Source of the DNA: Candidatus Omnitrophota bacterium
GTDB taxonomy: Bacteria; Omnitrophota; Gorgyraeia; Tantalellales; Tantalellaceae
Reading direction: 5' to 3'
Length of the DNA stretch: 48,737 bases
Assembly: GCA_043811395.1 (NCBI GenBank)
Contig: JBDRNE010000007.1
Coordinates: forward strand, 1-48,737
Shown here: positions 43,512 to 48,737 of the stretch, piece by piece
Position numbering within the stretch: the stretch's first letter is position 1
Layout of the letters: each line of letters opens with the position of its first letter
Program-made: the position numbers and the translations under genes
The notes under the pieces: model-generated
Seen by the model: only the letters and a program-made list of their open reading frames with translations
Databases searched by the model: none
Told to the model about the DNA's origin: nothing

Positions 43512-43548
43512 GTTTAACTGGTTAGACCGTAACGGGAACTATCAAATG

Positions 43549-44283
43549 TTAATATTTTACTTCCATCAAAAATAAACCTTTTGCGGGGGCTGTAGGACCT
43601 GCTTTTTTTCGGTTTTTGCTCTTTAAAATTTCCATCATGCTTTCTGGAGAAAAATACCCTCTGCCTATTTCTACCAAGGTTCCAACAATGTTGCGAACCA
43701 TGTTATATAAGAACCCGTCACCTTTTATATCAATTACAATGAAAGCCTTTTGCTTTTTAACCGTTATTGAAAAAATATTACGCACTGACAGACGTTCCCG
43801 TTTATCAACAGCTTGAAACGATTTAAAATCATGTTTCCCAATTAACGCTTTTGCGGCTTCTCGCATTAAAGAAACATTGAGGTTATAAGAAACACGCCAC
43901 GCGTATCTTTCTTTAAACGCCTCCCGTTTTAACGAATTTAAAATGTAGTACCTATAATGTTTTTGTTTAGCATCAAATTGGGCATGAAAATCCGTGGAAA
44001 CTTTTTTTGCGTTTTTAATAGCAATATCCGGAGGCAAAACCGTGTTAATAATTGATGGGATTTTATTCATCGGCACAGGAACGCTTGTCTTAAAATGAGC
44101 GATTTGTCCTTGCGCGTGTACGCCTGAATCTGTGCGCCCTGCAGAATAAATACGGTGTTTCTTTTTAAAAGTTTTTTCGATCGCTTCTTCTATTTTTCCC
44201 TGAATAGTCGTACCGTTTTTCTGTAACTGCCAGCCTTTATAATTCGTTCCGTCATAAGCTATTGTTAGTTTTATATTACGCAT
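43549..44283 (-). CDS. truA: tRNA pseudouridine(38-40) synthase
   Basis: The track start is GTG at 44313. I prefer ATG at 44283 ('MRNIKLTIAYDGTNYKGWQ'). Catalytic Asp 'SAGRTDSGVHA'. Confidence 0.92.
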   Translation of the reverse strand: MRNIKLTIAYDGTNYKGWQLQKNGTTIQGKIEEAIEKTFKKKHRIYSAGRTDSGVHAQGQIAHFKTSVPVPMNKIPSIINTVLPPDIAIKNAKKVSTDFHAQFDAKQKHYRYYILNSLKREAFKERYAWRVSYNLNVSLMREAAKALIGKHDFKSFQAVDKRERLSVRNIFSITVKKQKAFIVIDIKGDGFLYNMVRNIVGTLVEIGRGYFSPESMMEILKSKNRKKAGPTAPAKGLFLMEVKY

Positions 44284-44330
44284 TGTTTGTTCTAGGCACA
44301 CGTTTTCTCGCACTTAAAACGTAAAACTTG

Positions 44331-45392
44331 TTACGCTTCGCGTGTCGTGTTAATAAGCTTCTCAGCTATTTGAACTGCGTTAAGCGCCGCTCCTTTGCGC
44401 AAATTGTCCGCAACAATCCACACATTTAACCCGTTTTCGATTGATTCGTCTTCTCTAATGCGGCCGACAAAAACATTATCTTTTCCCTCAACCTGAATAG
44501 GCATTGGATACTCATTATCCGCAGGACTGTCAACTACAGTTATTCCTGAAAAATTTTTCATATTTTCAAGAACTTCCGCCCTGGTAACTTTTTTATACGT
44601 TTCAACATTAACACTTTCTGAATGTGCGTAATACACTGGAACCCGCACACATGTTGCTGTGAGGGCCAAGTTAGGTAATTCCATTATTTTACGCGTTTCT
44701 TCAACCATCTTCATTTCTTCTTTTGTATAAAAATTTTCCTTAAAAACATCGATGTGCGGGATAAGATTATACGCCATTTGATGCTGAAACTTTTTCACCA
44801 TATCCGGCGGCACAATATGTTCACCCAACCCATAATGCGTTTCTTTTTCGCTAAGTTTTTTGACTTGTGTTTCTAATTCCAGAATGTTCTGCTGGCCTGC
44901 TCCGGAAACCGACTGAAAAGTAGTAACAACCACTCTCTTAAGAGAGGCCAGTTTGTTTATCACGGCAAGGGGAAGCACCATCTGAATAGTTGAACAATTC
45001 GGATTAGCAATAATCCCTTTATGACGTGCCATAGCATGCGAGTTGACTTCAGGAACAACCAACGGCACGTCCTCATCCATCCGAAACGCGCTTGAGTTAT
45101 CGACACAAACAGCTCCGCTTTTAACCGCATATGGCAAAAATTCTTTACTTCGCCCGGCACCAGCTGAAGCTAGGACAATGTCAATCCCCTCAAAAGAATC
45201 TTTGGAAAGAACCATTACTTTCAGCTCTTTTCCCCGGAAATTTATGTTTTTTCCCTCTGAGCGTTCACTCGCTAAAAGACGAAGTTCATCTATCGGAAAA
45301 TTTCGCTCTTCCAATATACTCAAAAACTGTGTTCCTACCGCGCCTGTAGCGCCCATAATCGCAACATTATATTTTTCTTTTTTCTTAAGCAT
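44331..45392 (-). CDS. asd: Aspartate-semialdehyde dehydrogenase
   Basis: 353 aa. 'VAIMGATGAVG', catalytic Cys 'NPNCSTI', 'SGAG'. Confidence 0.93.
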   Translation of the reverse strand: MLKKKEKYNVAIMGATGAVGTQFLSILEERNFPIDELRLLASERSEGKNINFRGKELKVMVLSKDSFEGIDIVLASAGAGRSKEFLPYAVKSGAVCVDNSSAFRMDEDVPLVVPEVNSHAMARHKGIIANPNCSTIQMVLPLAVINKLASLKRVVVTTFQSVSGAGQQNILELETQVKKLSEKETHYGLGEHIVPPDMVKKFQHQMAYNLIPHIDVFKENFYTKEEMKMVEETRKIMELPNLALTATCVRVPVYYAHSESVNVETYKKVTRAEVLENMKNFSGITVVDSPADNEYPMPIQVEGKDNVFVGRIREDESIENGLNVWIVADNLRKGAALNAVQIAEKLINTTREA

Positions 45393-45411
45393 TTTTTTAT
45401 CCCTTTACGAC

Positions 45412-46470
45412 TTAACCCAAAGCTTTTACAACCAAGTCTCCGACTTCAGACGTAGAATACCCCATTTTACCGGCTGAAAGGCTTTTCAGCTTATTTGCCG
45501 TAACATCCATTACCGCTTCTTCTATTTTTGCCGCGGCAGTATGTTCTCCAAGTTCGTCTAGCATCATGCCTCCGGCACAAATCGCCGCAAGCGGATTGAT
45601 TACATTTTTACCGGTATACTTTGGAGCTGATCCGCCTATAGGTTCAAACATGGATACACCATCGGGATTAATGTTTCCACCGGCCGCTATTCCCATCCCG
45701 CCTTGTATCATAGCACCAAGATCGGTAATAATATCACCAAACATATTATCTGTCACTAACACATCAAACCATTCGGGATTTTTTATCATCCACATACATG
45801 TCGCGTCTACATGGGCATAATCCGTACTAATTGTCGAATACTCTTTTGCCATTTCATTAAACGCGCGATCCCAAAGATCAAACGCGTAAGTCAAAACATT
45901 TGTTTTTCCCACTAAAGTCAGATTGTTTCTTTTATTCCGCCTTTTCGTGTATTCAAAAGCGTACCTAAGACACTTATCAACACCTTTTCGCGAGTTTCTT
46001 GAAACCTGAATAGCAACTTCGTCAGGAGTATCTTTATCAATAAACTCTCCCTCACCGACATACAACCCTTCATTGTTTTCGCGAACAACCACAAAATCAA
46101 TTTGTTCGGGACCTTTATCTTTTATCGGGGTCCAAACTCCCGGATACAATTTAACCGGACGCAAATTTATATACTGTTCCAACGAAAATCGCAATTTAAG
46201 CAAAAGTCCTTTTTCCAATATGCCGGGTTTAACATCAGGATGCCCCACAGCTCCGAGATATATCGCGTCCACAGTTCTCAGTTCACGAATAACGCTTTCA
46301 GGAAGTACCTCGCCTGTTTTTTTATATCGTTCTCCGCCTAAATCATACATTATTTTTTCACACTTAATCCCGGTTTTATCGGCAATAGCATCCAAAACTT
46401 TGAGCCCCTCATTTATTACTTCCGGTCCGGTTCCATCTCCTGGTATAACTGCTACTTTGTACGTTGACAT
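45412..46470 (-). CDS. leuB: 3-isopropylmalate dehydrogenase (isocitrate/isopropylmalate dehydrogenase family)
   Basis: I prefer ATG at 46470, preceded by GGAGGG. 'VAVIPGDGTGPEV', 'VRENNEGLY', 'NMFGDIITDL'. The function is inferred from family plus adjacency to leuC/leuD. Confidence 0.8.
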   Translation of the reverse strand: MSTYKVAVIPGDGTGPEVINEGLKVLDAIADKTGIKCEKIMYDLGGERYKKTGEVLPESVIRELRTVDAIYLGAVGHPDVKPGILEKGLLLKLRFSLEQYINLRPVKLYPGVWTPIKDKGPEQIDFVVVRENNEGLYVGEGEFIDKDTPDEVAIQVSRNSRKGVDKCLRYAFEYTKRRNKRNNLTLVGKTNVLTYAFDLWDRAFNEMAKEYSTISTDYAHVDATCMWMIKNPEWFDVLVTDNMFGDIITDLGAMIQGGMGIAAGGNINPDGVSMFEPIGGSAPKYTGKNVINPLAAICAGGMMLDELGEHTAAAKIEEAVMDVTANKLKSLSAGKMGYSTSEVGDLVVKALG

Positions 46471-46494
46471 TGTCTTTCCCTCCATAGTCTGATA

Positions 46495-46986
46495 TTACTT
46501 TTTACGTTTCTTAGCAACAGCCATAAGGCCGCCACTTTTAATCATTTCCTTTATGAACTCAGGAAAAATTTCAGCATGATAAACTTTTTTTTGTTTAGAT
46601 TCTAGAATCTCCCCTTTGTCCACATTTATTTCAACCGCGTCATTTTCTTTCAAACAATCGGCCGCGTCACTACTCGTAAAAATGGGCAACCCTATATTTA
46701 TTGCGTTTCTATAAAAAATCCTGGCAAAACTTTTAGCGATCACACATGAAACGCCCGCGGCTTTTATCGCTATTGGCGCGTGCTCTCGGCTTGAACCGCA
46801 TCCAAAATTTTCACCAGCCACAATGATATCATTCTTTTGCATTTTCTTCATAAAATCTGGATCTGCGTCCTCCATACAATACTTCGCCAACTCCTCTGGA
46901 TCAGACGTATTTAGATAACGAGCCGGAATTATTTCATCGGTATTTATGTTATCACCGAATTTGTGAACTTTCCCTTTAAGCTTCAT
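46495..46986 (-). CDS. leuD: 3-isopropylmalate dehydratase small subunit (short, archaeal-type)
   Basis: 163 aa. 'GDNINTDEIIP', 'GENFGCGSSREHA'. Confidence 0.8.
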   Translation of the reverse strand: MKLKGKVHKFGDNINTDEIIPARYLNTSDPEELAKYCMEDADPDFMKKMQKNDIIVAGENFGCGSSREHAPIAIKAAGVSCVIAKSFARIFYRNAINIGLPIFTSSDAADCLKENDAVEINVDKGEILESKQKKVYHAEIFPEFIKEMIKSGGLMAVAKKRKK

Positions 46987-47033
46987 ATCCGCTTGCCTCC
47001 TGTCAATTTGAACGAAAACAATCTTTATCCGTT

Positions 47034-48314
47034 TTATAGCTTTGAGGGATGTATTATTGTCCCCTTAACCGCACTTGCCGCCGCGATCGCAGGATTTGCC
47101 AAATAAACAAAACTTTTCGGATGCCCCATTCGCCCGACAAAGTTTCTATTAGTCGTTGCAACTGCAACTTCCCCTTTTGACAAAATACCCATATGCCCGC
47201 CCAAACATGGCCCACAGCTTGGAGTGCAAAATACCCCGCCCGCGCGCACAAAAACTTCAGCATATCCTTCTTTGACAGCTTCCAAATAAATCGCCTGTGT
47301 TGCCGGAATAACTATAAGCCTTACTCCCGGGTTTACTTTTTTGTTTTTCAAAACTGCCGCGGCTTGTTTCAGATCACTTATCCTACCGTTTGTGCATGAC
47401 CCAATAACTACCTGATCAACTTTTACATCTTTAACTTCGCTTACGGGTTTTCCGTTCGAAGGCAAATGCGGCAGAGCTACAACAGGTTCAAGTTTTGAAA
47501 CATTGTATTCTCTTACATCAGAATAAATCGCGTCTTTATCGCTTTTATACAATTTGTATACCGTACGGGAAGGTTTATATTTTCTTACGGCATCTTTAAC
47601 ATACTTCTCAGTTATTTTGTCCGGTTCAATTATGCCGTTTTTAGCTCCTGCTTCAATTGCCATATTACACATCGTAAGCCTGTCTTCCATTGAAAGATAT
47701 TCAATGGTGCTTCCCGTAAATTCAAGCGACTTGTAACGCGCGCCTGAAACACCCAAATCAGATATCGCATGTAAAATAAGGTCTTTTCCCCCTACCCATT
47801 TTTTAGGTTTACCCGTAAACCTCAGCTGAATTGTTTCGGGAACCTTCAACCAACACTCACCAAACGCCATCGCGTAAGCAAGATCAGTCGAGCCAACACC
47901 TGTCGCGAACGCTCCAAACGCTCCATGTGTACACGTATGTGAATCCGCGCCAATCATAAGATCTCCCGGCAAGATAAACCCACGTTCCGGAAGCAAAGCA
48001 TGTTCTACGCCCATTTCTCCCAATTCAAAATAATTAGCAATCTTGAATTCTTCAGCAAAATCTTTAAGTATTTTTGCCTGGTTCGCGCTCTTCATATCCT
48101 TTGCTGGAAGAAAATGATCGGGCACAAGAAAAACAGAGTTTTGGTTAAAAACCTTTTTTCTGCCCAGCTCACGAAATTCCTTTATGGCAATTGGACTCGT
48201 AATATCGTTCCCCAGACACAAATCTACTTTTGCCTGAATGAAATCCCCGGGATTTATTTCTCTAACCCCCGGTGCGTGCGCTAACAATATTTTTTCAGTT
48301 ATTGTATGTCCCAT
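47034..48314 (-). CDS. leuC: 3-isopropylmalate dehydratase large subunit (aconitase family, ~420-aa type)
   Basis: 426 aa, ATG preceded by AAGGAG. 'GADSHTCTHGA', Fe-S ligands 'GSCTNGR' and 'CGPCLGG'. Confidence 0.85.
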   Translation of the reverse strand: MGHTITEKILLAHAPGVREINPGDFIQAKVDLCLGNDITSPIAIKEFRELGRKKVFNQNSVFLVPDHFLPAKDMKSANQAKILKDFAEEFKIANYFELGEMGVEHALLPERGFILPGDLMIGADSHTCTHGAFGAFATGVGSTDLAYAMAFGECWLKVPETIQLRFTGKPKKWVGGKDLILHAISDLGVSGARYKSLEFTGSTIEYLSMEDRLTMCNMAIEAGAKNGIIEPDKITEKYVKDAVRKYKPSRTVYKLYKSDKDAIYSDVREYNVSKLEPVVALPHLPSNGKPVSEVKDVKVDQVVIGSCTNGRISDLKQAAAVLKNKKVNPGVRLIVIPATQAIYLEAVKEGYAEVFVRAGGVFCTPSCGPCLGGHMGILSKGEVAVATTNRNFVGRMGHPKSFVYLANPAIAAASAVKGTIIHPSKL

Positions 48315-48737
48315 AAGGGCTCCTTTTTTTTAGCTATACAATAATGCAATAAAATTCTGACTAAAAATTAAAGTGTCAGTCTACCAAATTTTTGGTACAA
48401 AATCAATGGCAAAAATTTAGAACTTTGGGATTGAAGAGGCATTATTATCCTTTTGATCAAAAAAAATCCTATATGCCCTACTGCCGCATCTAACTCGATC
48501 GGCGGCAACATTAACGCTTTTTCATTCAAATTCGGATTTTTTTCTTTTGCTGAATTCCCTGCCTCTGATTTCTTTGTATGATTTGGACTAGCAAATCAAA
48601 ACTTTGCTGATAGGATTTTATTTCATCATTTCGATAATTTTTTGTTTTACAAGGATTCGTCAATCATTATACACCGGAAGCCGTATCACAAACTCTGGTC
48701 CGAAACCTTTTATGTTTTGGCAATATATCTTTCCTTC

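Noticed and set aside
7013-47263. Short same-strand alternative-frame ORFs nested in larger genes (for example 7013..7228, 14039..14224, 14654..14911, 15972..16238, 16314..16508, 21430..21645, 21676..21879, 26797..26982, 44960..45160, 45918..46100, 47054..47263)
   Set aside because: Each lies wholly inside a confidently identified CDS in another frame, and none has a motif or an RBS.
48315-48480. Leucine leader peptide, T-box or attenuator upstream of leuC
   Set aside because: The only small minus-strand ORF (about 24 codons) has scattered rather than consecutive Leu codons. There is no T-box consensus or terminator/antiterminator pair. Only a 7-2-7 palindrome, TACCAAA-TT-TTTGGTA, was seen, which I judged too weak to report as a finding.
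48660-48737. Open minus-strand frame running off the right edge ('...GFGPEFVIRLPVYND*'), possibly the 3' end of an upstream gene
   Set aside because: Only about 25 codons are visible, a second frame is open for a similar length, and there is no recognisable motif. The evidence is insufficient to call a CDS.

Overview
AT-rich bacterial chromosomal segment. I call 43 protein-coding loci, all on the minus strand, and found no rRNA, tRNA, CRISPR array, transposase or integrase. Most of it is tightly packed housekeeping and biosynthesis. In transcription order (high to low coordinate): leuC-leuD-leuB-asd-truA; a ~3 kb accessory islet (orphan OmpR-type response regulator, LapG/BTLCP-like secreted cysteine peptidase, AbrB-fold small gene cassette); rplM-rpsI; a 16-gene run argC-J-B-D-F-G-H, lysA-dapF-dapA-dapB-dapL, folK, panC, nadA (frameshifted), nadX; a Na/Pi cotransporter; a GuaB3-type IMPDH paralog; dnaE; HU/IHF-hisS-aspS; a small secreted protein; phoH-pgpH-ybeY-dgkA(PAP2 fusion)-DUF502-recO-glyQS-ppdK and a sigma-70 factor. 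I do not see a convincing multi-gene novel system such as a defence, secretion or mobile module. The most unusual content is listed here. (1) The islet at about 40.5-43.5 kb, where the peptidase gene is bracketed by two diverged, inverted ~170-nt GC-rich structured repeats. (2) A dispersed family of GC-rich hairpin repeats at operon junctions, one of which supplies the last ~10 codons and the stop of hisS. (3) Two reading-frame breaks that both fall on A8 homopolymers (nadA, and the AbrB-like cassette). (4) A DgkA-PAP2 fusion. (5) Several near-consensus promoters with palindromic or direct-repeat candidate operators. All product calls rest on motifs read by eye from the ORF track. No database search was run and the lineage cannot be assigned from this window.
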